NCBI GenBank assembly: GCA_050951325.1
Contig: JBMNIW010000005.1
Span: 192,001-256,000, forward strand
Origin: Clostridia bacterium
Lineage (GTDB): Bacteria > Bacillota > Clostridia > UBA1212 > DUPL01
Direction: 5' to 3'
Length of the DNA: 64,000 nucleotides
Position numbers and translations under genes: made by a program. This document shows positions 21,690-31,253 of this stretch, piece by piece. Every line of letters starts with the position of its first letter. The first letter of the stretch is position 1. The notes beneath the pieces were generated by a model. That model ran no database searches, had not been told where the DNA came from, and saw nothing but the letters and a program-made list of their open reading frames with translations.

Positions 21690-23099
21690 ATGATTAAGAT
21701 AAGTCCTGTACCTGATGAAAGTTACAAGTCCCATGATTTTGTAATTACTGTAAATGGAATCAATTTGGATGCATACAAGTGCAGGGTATCAAGAATTCCA
21801 TTCAACAGGGTATGGCCAGGATATCAAAGACCTTTGGATCAAACCGAAATGGCGTCCTTTGCATATTTGGCAGCCGATGAAGAGGTGGAGTTTGCCATCA
21901 CTCCAAACAAGGACTTCAGTGAAGTAGTCATAAGACCTTTGTCTAAAAAAGTAGAGTTTGATGTACAAAATGGTGTAATAAGGTTCAGAATAAAGAAGGC
22001 AGGGCAGTATACAGTGGAATTGGATGGACACCACAATGCTCTTCATTTGTTTGTAAATCCGATTGAAGAGTATCTTAAAGATGATAACACCATATACTTT
22101 GGCCCTGGGGTGCATTATGCCGGGCATATAGATATGCAGGACAATCAAACGATTTTTGTTGATTCCGGTGCGGTAGTACATTGCTCTATAACTGCTGCCG
22201 ATAAAAAGAACATAGCTATAAAAGGGCATGGAATAATTGACAACAGCTCATTTAAAAGGCCTTCCAAGTCGTGTCTAAGATGTCCAACAAGTGTTGTATT
22301 TACCAGATGTATGAATGTAGAAATTAGTGGAGTCATATTCAATGATGCCAGCGCATGGACGGCTACGTTCTTTAACTGTGACAATATCTTGGTGGACAAT
22401 ATCAAAACAATTGGTATGTGGAGATACAATTCGGATGGTGTTGACTTTGTCAACAGTTCCAATGGAATTGTCAGGAATAGCTTCCTCCGCAACTTTGATG
22501 ATGTCATTGTTTTGAAGGGGATTAAAGGTTATGACCATAGGAATGTTGAAAATATCCTGGTAGAGAATTGTGTCTTGTGGTGCGACTGGGGAAGAGCTCT
22601 TGAAATTGGGGCTGAAACCTGTGCTGATGAGTACAGAAATATTGTCTTTAGAAACTGTGATATCATACATGCTTCAACAAAAGCGATGGATCTTCAAAAT
22701 GGAGACAGAGCAAATGTGCACATGGTACTTTTCGAGGACATTAGAGTGGAGTACAGCAAATACGCAATGCCAGAGGTTTATCAGGAGAGTGATGATATGG
22801 AGTATGTATGGGATGGAAAGCCAAACATTCCATGGCTTTTCTATGCTCACTTGTACTGTGGTCTTTGGTCTGACGACAATCTTCTTGGCACAAACAGCAA
22901 TATAAGGCTTAAGAATATTCAAGTATTCATGGATGAAGGTCTTGAAAGACCTAAAATTGGGCTTTATGGTGCAAATGAAGATCACATGACATATGATATA
23001 ACTATTGAAGATCTATATATAAATGGTGTGAAAGTTGTATCCTATGAGGATGCGAACATTCACACCAACGAGTTTGTGCAAAATGTTGTTGTCAAATAA
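21690..23099 (+). CDS. GH28-like / pectin-lyase-fold glycoside hydrolase, no signal peptide
   Basis: IYFGPGVH, IKGHGIID, NSDGVD, DDVIVLK beta-helix motifs. Confidence 0.75.
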   Translation: MIKISPVPDESYKSHDFVITVNGINLDAYKCRVSRIPFNRVWPGYQRPLDQTEMASFAYLAADEEVEFAITPNKDFSEVVIRPLSKKVEFDVQNGVIRFRIKKAGQYTVELDGHHNALHLFVNPIEEYLKDDNTIYFGPGVHYAGHIDMQDNQTIFVDSGAVVHCSITAADKKNIAIKGHGIIDNSSFKRPSKSCLRCPTSVVFTRCMNVEISGVIFNDASAWTATFFNCDNILVDNIKTIGMWRYNSDGVDFVNSSNGIVRNSFLRNFDDVIVLKGIKGYDHRNVENILVENCVLWCDWGRALEIGAETCADEYRNIVFRNCDIIHASTKAMDLQNGDRANVHMVLFEDIRVEYSKYAMPEVYQESDDMEYVWDGKPNIPWLFYAHLYCGLWSDDNLLGTNSNIRLKNIQVFMDEGLERPKIGLYGANEDHMTYDITIEDLYINGVKVVSYEDANIHTNEFVQNVVVK

Positions 23100-23106
23100 T
23101 CATCAG

Positions 23107-23540
23107 ACTCGTTTTCGTAAAACAGAAGAATTAGTATTGCGTGAAGACTTGCTGCAAGTGTTATCTCGATATTGTTTGGCCTCAATACAGAGAAGCTTGC
23201 ATAAGTCTTGCTTTCTACATTATTGTGCCAGTATCTTACTGCATGGATGTAGTTAATAGATAAGTCAGGTTGAGATTGATGCTGTTACCTTAAGCGATAA
23301 GGGGCAGACAAAAGGATATATGTTGATAAATCCAGAGCAAGTGACAACATATATATTCGATGTTGAAGGATTGTGGAGCAAGCAGGAGAGTGCAAACGAC
23401 CCTGATTCCAACAACATTTCCAGTTCAAACCTTTTAGTCAAGCAGGTTTAAGGAATATGAAAAAGCATCAACTGTAATGCCGGAACAATTAAACTGTTTT
23501 TAGGGATGACAATCTGATAGCCATTGGTCGGGACAAGAGT
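23107..23540 (+). ncRNA. candidate large structured ncRNA (~435 nt), family unassigned
   Basis: 5'/3' closing helix plus at least nine nested or branching helices readable by eye; G-U pairs favour the + strand; no credible ORF. Confidence 0.7.
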
Positions 23541-23631
23541 AAAAATATTATATGGAAATTATACAATAATTTGTTTTGATTTGTATAATAGTTATGTTGT
23601 TTATATTATTGAAGCAAGGAAAGAGGTTTGT

Positions 23632-24474
23632 ATGAAGAAGTTTCAAGAGTATATAATTTGCATATTTGGAGCTGCACTTGTTGCATCTGGTGTTTATTTT
23701 TTCAAAATGCCAAACAACTTCTCAACTGGAGGGGTTACTGGCATCTCCGTTGTTTTAAGCGGATTTTTCAAACTCCAATCAGCTTCAATAATTGCATCTG
23801 CATTGAATATTTTGATGTTGATCCTTGGTTTTTTAGTTTTGGGAAAGCAATGCGGTTTGAAAATAGTACTTGGCTCAATCTCGATGTCTGCCACATTGTT
23901 ACTGCTCGAATTTTTTATCCCAATGAGGCAGCCATTAACTGATGAACCCTTTCTTGAACTGATTTTTGCTGTACTTTTACCTGGTGTGGGTTCTGCTATT
24001 CTGTTTAATATAAATGGAAGCACTGGTGGAACTGATATAATTGCAATGATATTAAGAAAGTTCACAAGTATCAACATTGGTCTTGCACTGTTCTTATCAG
24101 ACTTGATAATTACTCTGGGTGCATTTTTATTCGGGGTGAAGGTTGGTTTGTTCTCGTTATTGGGGTTATTATCAAAGACCATGATAGTTGATACCGTTAT
24201 TGAAAGTATTAATACAGTAAAATGCTTTTCAATTATTACATTGAATCCTGGCCCGATCAGCGAATTTATAACCACCAAACTGAGGAGAAGCACTACCGTT
24301 ATTGATGCTGTAGGAGGATATACGAATGAGAACAAAAAGGTTGTTGTTACCGTGATGAACAGAATGCAGGCAATACAGCTGAGAAGATATCTAAAAGAAC
24401 ATTATCCAGAAGCATTCATAATTATAACAAATTCCAGTGAAATTATCGGAAAAGGTTTCAGAGGAGTAAACTGA
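23632..24474 (+). CDS. YitT family membrane protein (C-terminal DUF2179)
   Basis: STGGVTGI, GSTGGTDIIA, C-terminal GGYT...DAF-like EAFIII...GKGF; RBS GAGG before ATG 23632. Confidence 0.9.
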   Translation: MKKFQEYIICIFGAALVASGVYFFKMPNNFSTGGVTGISVVLSGFFKLQSASIIASALNILMLILGFLVLGKQCGLKIVLGSISMSATLLLLEFFIPMRQPLTDEPFLELIFAVLLPGVGSAILFNINGSTGGTDIIAMILRKFTSINIGLALFLSDLIITLGAFLFGVKVGLFSLLGLLSKTMIVDTVIESINTVKCFSIITLNPGPISEFITTKLRRSTTVIDAVGGYTNENKKVVVTVMNRMQAIQLRRYLKEHYPEAFIIITNSSEIIGKGFRGVN

Positions 24475-24542
24475 TAACCATATTGAAAACTGATTCTAAA
24501 AATGATAGTATAGGGTATTTTTATTTAGAAAGGAAGAGATAA

Positions 24543-25382
24543 ATGATTTTGTCAACACCAACGGATTATCTGTCATACCGTTTGGGTTTGGAAAAGGCAA
24601 TCAGGCTATTATGCGAAACTGGATATGATGCACTAGACTTCACAATGTTCTGTCTTGCAAATGAAAAGGATCCGCTGCATACTGAAGGTAACAAGTATGT
24701 TGAAAAAATTAAAAAGATTGTAGATGGGTATGGCGTTTATTTCAACCAGGCCCATGCCCCGTTTCCATCTTTTAAAGAAGGGGACGAGGAGTTCAATAAA
24801 AGGATGTTTAAAGCAATTGTTAGATCGATGGAAATATGCTGCATACTGGAAATTGGAATTGTTGTTGTTCATCCCATAGATTGGTCAAACGCACAAGAAG
24901 TGATGCAGAAGAACGTAGAGTTCTTCAACAGCCTCATACCATACTGTGAGAAATACAATGTGAAGATTGCATTGGAAAACAACCACCTTTATCAAACGGC
25001 AGAGCAGTTATCGGAACTTGTAGATTCCCTTGATGACAAATTCTTTACAGTATGTCTTGATACAGGACACTGTCATTTGTTTGGGCAGGATACAGCAAGC
25101 ATGATAAGAAAACTGGGGAATGACAGATTGAAAGCTCTTCATGTTCATGACAATGATGCTGTCATTGACCGCCATACGGCTCCATATTTTGGAACTATGG
25201 ATTGGACCTCTATTACCAACGCTCTTGCAGAAATCAATTACTCCGGTGATTTTACGCTTGAGGCTGACAGTTTTTATCATAAACTTCCTAACGAACTTCT
25301 TCCTGCGAGTGCAAAATATCTGCATGATATTGGAAGGCTGCTAGTTGAAATGGTCGAAAAAGCTAAAAAGAGTAATAGCTAG
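24543..25382 (+). CDS. sugar phosphate isomerase/epimerase (AP endonuclease 2 TIM barrel)
   Basis: IALEN, CLDTGH, LHVHDN, FTLE metal-binding motifs. Confidence 0.88.
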   Translation: MILSTPTDYLSYRLGLEKAIRLLCETGYDALDFTMFCLANEKDPLHTEGNKYVEKIKKIVDGYGVYFNQAHAPFPSFKEGDEEFNKRMFKAIVRSMEICCILEIGIVVVHPIDWSNAQEVMQKNVEFFNSLIPYCEKYNVKIALENNHLYQTAEQLSELVDSLDDKFFTVCLDTGHCHLFGQDTASMIRKLGNDRLKALHVHDNDAVIDRHTAPYFGTMDWTSITNALAEINYSGDFTLEADSFYHKLPNELLPASAKYLHDIGRLLVEMVEKAKKSNS

Positions 25383-25392
25383 TAAAGTAAGA

Positions 25393-25433
25393 CAGAGCTG
25401 CAACTGCTCGATAATATAGGTTGTGGCTCTTTT
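25393..25433 (+). terminator. intrinsic terminator
   Basis: AGAGCTGCAAC / GTTGTGGCTCT followed by TTT. Confidence 0.6.
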
Positions 25434-25453
25434 CATATATTTAGGAGGGAATT

Positions 25454-28222
25454 ATGAGGAAAATAATAGCAGTTGTTAGAATGTTGACATTAGTTGTTGT
25501 GGCTACGTCACTTTTTTGTACAAATATTTCTTTTACAAGTAATGGAACGAGCACTTTGTATATCACTCAAAACAAGAATTATAACATAGAGTATAACGTA
25601 TAAAAACTGGATTTGACTGAAGAGGATCCGAAAGCATACAACAACTCAAATGAATGGGGTTTTTTAGATGCAGGCAATCTTCAGATTAAGGATGCCAGGT
25701 TGTATTGCAAACCCGGTAAATCCTTTTCAATACGTGGAAAGCAAATACTTGGAAATGAATATGGTCTTGAAGAAAGTCCGGTTAAGTTTAATATGGTACT
25801 TGAAGATGGTGTGGTTCGTGTAGGTGTCAGGTTGAGATCTTCCGTGTCAGCAAAAGACACTGGAATTTGGTTTAATATTGACGGTGAATCGGTGACTGTT
25901 ACAGCCAGTGGAACACCTTTGGAAGCGGAAATTAAGCATGAACTTTATCTTGATGAAGAACATGAATACAGGATTGTAAATACTTTCAACAAGATAAGTC
26001 TTTATATAAGTGAGAAGTTGGTAGCATATGTGGATTATACATATGACGAAGATATAACTGTCAGAGATTCATTCGGAAATGTTGTAGGTGAACGGGTAAG
26101 AAATGACAGGACACCTCAGTTTGGCTTCTGGAAGATAACAGTGGAGAATCTAAAAGGTTATATCAAAGATTTAGAGTATGTGAACAGTGTTGTTACACAG
26201 CAGGATTTTCCTGAAAGGGACAAAAGACTAATCAATTACGAAACATGGGTGGCAACGGATGATCTGAACAGGACCACACCAACCAACGTAGAAGCAGGTA
26301 ACAGAAAGAAGAACAAGTATGTTGGTCTGTTCTATTTCCTGAATCATGCAGACGAGCGTGAACATGTAATTCATGATGTCACAAAAATATTTATGGAGCA
26401 GGGTCTTGATGAACTGAAAACAATATTGCCGAATACTTTGAGAATATACTGGGCGGAACCATATTTCGGCTATTATCTGAATACTGACACTTGGGTGTAT
26501 AGAAAGCATGCGTATATGTTTAACGCTGCTGGTATTGATTTCATATTTATCGATTTTTCAAACAATATTGTTTATGAAGAAGGGCTTCAAGCCTTGCTTG
26601 AAACCTGGCTTAGAATTCGAAAAGAAGGTGGAGACACTCCTCAAGTTGTGTTTATGACAGGGGATATGCCTCATGTATTGGTACATGACTTGTATGTGTT
26701 GAAAGACCTTGTATTCAACAATCCGGAATATGATGAGTTGTGGTTCAAATGGGACGGAAAACCCTTGATTTTAGGCAACAATGATGATCCTGATGGAGAT
26801 GTATGGACAATTTCAGAAGAAACTGTTGGAACATATACGAAAGAAATGATGTTCGCAAATCTGACTGAAGCAGAAAAGGAGTTCTACAACAGTGGAGAGT
26901 TTGGAAAACTTCTTGAGAAGTTTACTGTCAGAAAGAGCTGGGCAAGGCAATCAAGGAAATATGAAAAGGATAAGAAGTATGCAGGATACTGGGATTGGCT
27001 GGATGAGTGGCCACAAGCATATGGTAGAAGTTTCAAAGGTGTAAAAGAGCAGATGAGCGTTTCCATAGCAGCAACAGCAATGACCCATAAGGGAAGAAGT
27101 TATGTTAAAGGCAATGTTGACTATGGGACCGGTCTAGAGGACTTTGATTTTAGCTTGGGTAAAGCACAGTACGGCCTTCATTTCGAGGAACAATTCCAAG
27201 AAGCCTTAAAGGCTGATTCCGATGTTATAATGATTACGGGATGGAATGAATGGACTGCAGGCAAGCAGACCAACCCTTATCCAAATATGAGAACAGGCCA
27301 TACCAGCACTCCGTATTACCATTTTGTTGACCAGTTCAACCCGGAGTTCTCAAGGGATGCAGAACCAATGAAGGTGAGAGATGGTGTAGGCTTTGGAGAC
27401 AACTACTACTATCAAATGGTAAACCACATTAGACTTTTTAAAGGGATAGAACCAATAAAAGGGGTAAAGGATACGAATGGCATAAGCTTTGATGGTATTG
27501 CTGAAGAAGGAGAGAAACGTTTACTTCAGGTTGATGATAAAATTATGAGCCAATGGGACAAAATTGAGTACAGGTACATGGATTCAGTCGGTGATACAGC
27601 TTTTCGTAACTTTAACTCAATGGGTTCCCAATACCGTTATATCAATGCAACGGGAAGAAATGATATTGATTACGCAAAGGTGACTCAGGATGATTATTTC
27701 TTGTATTTCATGGTAAAGACAGCATCGGGGATTATCAGTGTAGATGAGGAAAACTGGATGAACCTGTTCGTTGACATAGATAAAAACCATGAAACTGGGT
27801 GGGAAGGATATGACTTTGTCATAAACAGAAGTCGTGACGGAAAAACCGTTATAGTTGAGAAGTTTGTGAACAATAGTTGGGAGTTTGAAACTGTTGGCAG
27901 AGCTGATTACCTTATGGGAAGTGACAACCTGACTATTAAAGTTTCAAAGGAACTGTTAGGTATATCTGAGAATGATTTTTCATTCGATTTCAAATGGGCT
28001 GACAACTCCACAAACATAGGCAATGTAATGCAATTCATGGATTTGGGCGACTGTGCACCGAATGACAGATTTAACTTCAGATTCACAACCACGGACATTC
28101 AGTACAAACCAAAGGCATTAGGACAACTTAACTATGTCCTGATAACTTTAGGTGTAGTATTTGTCATACTAATTGCAATATTTATATATAAAAAAGTAAA
28201 AGTAAAAGGAGAGAGAAAATGA
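25454..28222 (+). pseudogene. membrane-anchored GH99/GH71-like glycoside hydrolase with an in-frame TAA at codon 50
   Basis: RBS AGGAGG + ATG 25454 encodes a signal peptide in the same frame as ORF 25613-28222, interrupted by TAA 25601-25603; motifs KYVGLFY, WAEPYFGYY, TGWNEW, EFSRDAE; C-terminal TM + Lys tail. Confidence 0.7.
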
Positions 28223-29067
28223 GAAAACACATTTTGCTGGTGATGGTATTGGTGTTGGTACTCACCATAGTGTCATGTAATAAGCAGGACAAAGAACCAA
28301 GTGCAACCCAGACACCTCAGCTTACACAAGAACCTACAGCCGTTCCTACAGAAGGGCCAACGGCTGAACCCAAGGCAACTCTTAAGCCGATCACAAACAA
28401 GGGGTATCCTCAAGAGGAGGCGGAAGTACTCATATTTGAAGATTTTGACGATGGTGAAATAGATGAAAATGAATTTGTAGTTGTACTGGGTGAGAATGCA
28501 GACATAATCGATGGTGAGATGCATATTACAAGAGAGTGGACTGCATTGTCTCCTGAATATGATTACGCCATTGGAACACTTCACCATCAATATGAGTTCT
28601 CAATGGAGTACTACTCAACATTTGGCAGATTAAGCGCACCTCACGTAGCATACTGGGTTGGGGCAAGGGTTCCACCTGAGAGGTATGCAGCATATCCTGG
28701 TGGATTCTGGGTGGCTTTTACACATACAAATATTGCCTTTGTTTATCCTGGTGGTGATAATTTTGAAGGTAAAGAACACTGGGCAGAGAAGTGTTTTCAA
28801 ATAAATGTGCCGGAGGAGTTTACGACGAAGCATAAGATTACTGTTGTTGATACCGGTGATGAAATCTATTACTACATGAACACTACCGACGAAGAGTATT
28901 ACCTTATCCTTAAGGCGGTGCTTGATGGTGCGGATCTGCTTTTGTATGATAAGGATGACAATATGTTCTGGGCAGGAGAAAATGCACTGAATGATGAAAT
29001 CGGATTCTCCATATTCAGTCATCGTCAGGCATCTCATACAGATAATGTTACACTTAAGGGACATTAA
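28219..29067 (+). CDS. lipoprotein with Pro/Thr linker and beta-sandwich (lectin-like) domain
   Basis: Lipobox IVSC; TQTPQLTQEPTAVPTEGPTAEP linker; aromatic beta-rich domain. Confidence 0.7.
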   Translation: MRKHILLVMVLVLVLTIVSCNKQDKEPSATQTPQLTQEPTAVPTEGPTAEPKATLKPITNKGYPQEEAEVLIFEDFDDGEIDENEFVVVLGENADIIDGEMHITREWTALSPEYDYAIGTLHHQYEFSMEYYSTFGRLSAPHVAYWVGARVPPERYAAYPGGFWVAFTHTNIAFVYPGGDNFEGKEHWAEKCFQINVPEEFTTKHKITVVDTGDEIYYYMNTTDEEYYLILKAVLDGADLLLYDKDDNMFWAGENALNDEIGFSIFSHRQASHTDNVTLKGH

Positions 29068-29070
29068 CAG

Positions 29071-29109
29071 AAAAGAGGCTTTGGGATTTACTCCAAAGCC
29101 TCGTTTTTT
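29071..29109. terminator. bidirectional terminator shared with tRNA-Ser
   Basis: GAGGCTTTGG / CCAAAGCCTC flanked by A and T tracts. Confidence 0.8.
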
Positions 29110-29201
29110 GGCGGAAAGAGAGGGATTCGAACCCTCGGTGGGGTATTAGCCCACACACGATTTCCAATCGTGCGCCTTAAGCCAGACTCAGCCATCTTTC
29201 C
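29109..29201 (-). tRNA. tRNA-Ser(GGA)
   Basis: Reverse complement GGAAAGATGGCTGAG...CACGA-TTGGAAA-TCGTG, long variable arm, GGTTCGAATCC, encoded CCA. Confidence 0.97.
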
Positions 29202-29224
29202 ACAATTTTTTTGACAACAAAATA

Positions 29225-29253
29225 ATTATAGTACGAAAAAGAGGATATGTCAA
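29225..29253 (-). promoter_or_regulatory. consensus sigma-A promoter of tRNA-Ser
   Basis: TTGACA-17 nt-TATAAT on the minus strand. Confidence 0.85.
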
Positions 29254-29460
29254 TATCCAAAACTTAAGAATTGGCTAATTAATTTCCATCCATTCATACA
29301 TTCGAGAAGAACAAGGTGACGGTTGAGTACATGACTGCAGTTGCATTTGAGATAGCACGTTAAACAAAATACAATTTTTTCAGACAATAGTGCAAGTATA
29401 TTTTAGTCGATTGTGATAATATTAGTTATAACCAAATATTCAAGTTGTAGGAGGAAAACG

Positions 29461-29955
29461 ATGAAGTCTAAATTAGTTGTATTATTAGTGATTGTAATGA
29501 TATTCAGTTCATTAATGGTTGTTAATGCTGAAACAGTACTCTCGCTGGACAATGACGAGTACGTTGTTGGTGAAACAGTTACAGTAACATTTAGCAATGC
29601 AACTGGTAATGAGTCGGCATGGATAGCAATATATCCCGAAGGCAAGGATTACACCGAATACACTGCTGAAGAAAAAGCATGGAAGTATGCAAACAACAAT
29701 TCAGATGAAACACCAGGAGAAACAGCAGCTACAGAAGGTACAGTAACAATCAGCACTGAAGGACTTGCTCCTGGAGAGTATAGAGTTTCATACTTTGTAG
29801 ACGGTGCGTATAACGAAGGTGCTTTTGCAAACTTCACATTGGTAGAAGCATCACAGAACCCACCTACTTCCGACAGTACTGTATTCATGACAGCATTCGC
29901 AATGCTTCTGATGGCAGCTGTTGTATTGAAGCGTAAGAGCGTTACCTCATTTTAA
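29461..29955 (+). CDS. small secreted Ig-like protein with NPPTSD cell-wall sorting-type signal
   Basis: Signal peptide ending VNA; C-terminal NPPTSD + hydrophobic helix + KRK. Confidence 0.75.
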   Translation: MKSKLVVLLVIVMIFSSLMVVNAETVLSLDNDEYVVGETVTVTFSNATGNESAWIAIYPEGKDYTEYTAEEKAWKYANNNSDETPGETAATEGTVTISTEGLAPGEYRVSYFVDGAYNEGAFANFTLVEASQNPPTSDSTVFMTAFAMLLMAAVVLKRKSVTSF

Positions 29956-29978
29956 ATGATAGAATCAAACGTTTTGTT

Positions 29979-30010
29979 GAGGACTTTGCGTAATTTACGC
30001 AAAGTTCTTT
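29979..30010 (+). terminator. intrinsic terminator
   Basis: GGACTTTGCGTAA / TTACGCAAAGTTC followed by TTT. Confidence 0.75.
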
Positions 30011-30044
30011 GTACATATACATAATAATTTCAGGAGGAATTTAA

Positions 30045-30188
30045 GTGAAGAAGAAACTAGCTTTTTTCATACTCTTTATATTCTTGTTATCCTTCGTTTT
30101 TGTTAATGCAGAAGAAAAAGAATATGAACATGATGAGGAATATTATGAAAAAATGCCATACATTTGGATGACATTTGATTACGATTGA
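30045..30188 (+). pseudogene. 47-codon ORF with signal peptide, probable 5' remnant of a secreted protein
   Basis: RBS AGGAGG, GTG-KKKLAFFILFIFLLSFVFVNA-EEKEYEH...; runs into the 3' end of the convergent AraC gene. Confidence 0.5.
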
Positions 30189-31072
30189 CCAAATTTGTTT
30201 TCTATTTTTATAAATGAATATTTGTTTTTGATTGTATCGGTACTCTCATACAGTTTTGATGGTGTTATGCCATAATGCTTCTTGAAAGTCTTGTTAAAAT
30301 ATGAAATGTTGTTAAAACCACACATATATGATACTTCTGAAATTGTGTACTTTTTTGTCATCAGAAGAGACTTTGCATACTTGCATCTTAATGTGTTTAT
30401 ATAATTAATGGCGGTCATGGAGGTCAGTTCCTTGAATGAAGTGCAGAAGTGGCTTCTGCTTAGTCCTGAAAGACTGCTCAGTTCGTCTATGGATATATCC
30501 TTTGTGAAGTTTTCTCGGATATATATAAGGGCGTTTATAAGGGTGTCTTTCTGCCTTATCATTTTATTGCTGCTTTCTTTTACACTTCTGTAGGTTACGT
30601 GTTGTCTGAAAAGAGTTACCAAAAGCTCTATAATCAGTGATTTAATAACTGAATCATATAGAAGATGTTTGTTTTTGTTTTCATTAATAATACGATTTAT
30701 AATATCTGACACAAGTTGTTCTTCTGGAACATGTTCGTTGAACCACAAAGAGTTTATGTCAGTGTGGAAAATACCTGATAAAAATTCATTCTCCACTACT
30801 ATGCTCATATAGCTTAAGTTATTGCTTGCAGCAATAATCTTGTGAAGCGTGTCAGTGTTGATAATTACAGTTTCATTAGTGCATGAGGTTATGGACTCGC
30901 CATCGGAGATTACGTTGGCAGTCCCTGATAAAATATGTATTATCTCAAGGTTTTCATGCCAGCTCAAGAATGTTTCCCTTTTGTCGTAATTTTCACCCAG
31001 TTGGTTTATAGTTATAATATATGGAATGTTTGGTTCGTCAAAAGTATAAACCTCATACTTTATTTCTGACAT
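30179..31072 (-). CDS. AraC family transcriptional regulator
   Basis: Cupin WHENLE; C-terminal ISEVSYMCGFNNISYFNKTFKKHYGITPS. Confidence 0.92.
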   Translation of the reverse strand: MSEIKYEVYTFDEPNIPYIITINQLGENYDKRETFLSWHENLEIIHILSGTANVISDGESITSCTNETVIINTDTLHKIIAASNNLSYMSIVVENEFLSGIFHTDINSLWFNEHVPEEQLVSDIINRIINENKNKHLLYDSVIKSLIIELLVTLFRQHVTYRSVKESSNKMIRQKDTLINALIYIRENFTKDISIDELSSLSGLSRSHFCTSFKELTSMTAINYINTLRCKYAKSLLMTKKYTISEVSYMCGFNNISYFNKTFKKHYGITPSKLYESTDTIKNKYSFIKIENKFGQS

Positions 31073-31253
31073 TTGTGCTGCACCTTTCTAAAATGGTTAT
31101 ACTCGAAAACTACCATACAAATCGAATTGTGTCAATAACTAGCGCAGGGTTGCCAATTTTTACATGGAAATTAGGTATAAATAATATGGATTGATAATAA
31201 ACCTAGGATAAAGTATAATTTAATGGAAAAGTCTGTATGAAGTGGGGAATACA

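Noticed and set aside
23035-23256. 73-aa ORF overlapping the candidate RNA
   Set aside because: Out of frame within the upstream gene, no RBS, no recognisable motif.
23107-23540. Assignment of the structured region to RNase P, tmRNA, SRP, 6S, T-box, PyrR site or a glycine/lysine/cobalamin riboswitch
   Set aside because: No GAGGAAAGTCC, no tRNA-like ends, no SRP GGAAG loop, no GGTGGNACC T-box, and no complete riboswitch core. AATCCAGAGCAAG only partly resembles a PyrR loop and no pyr gene follows.
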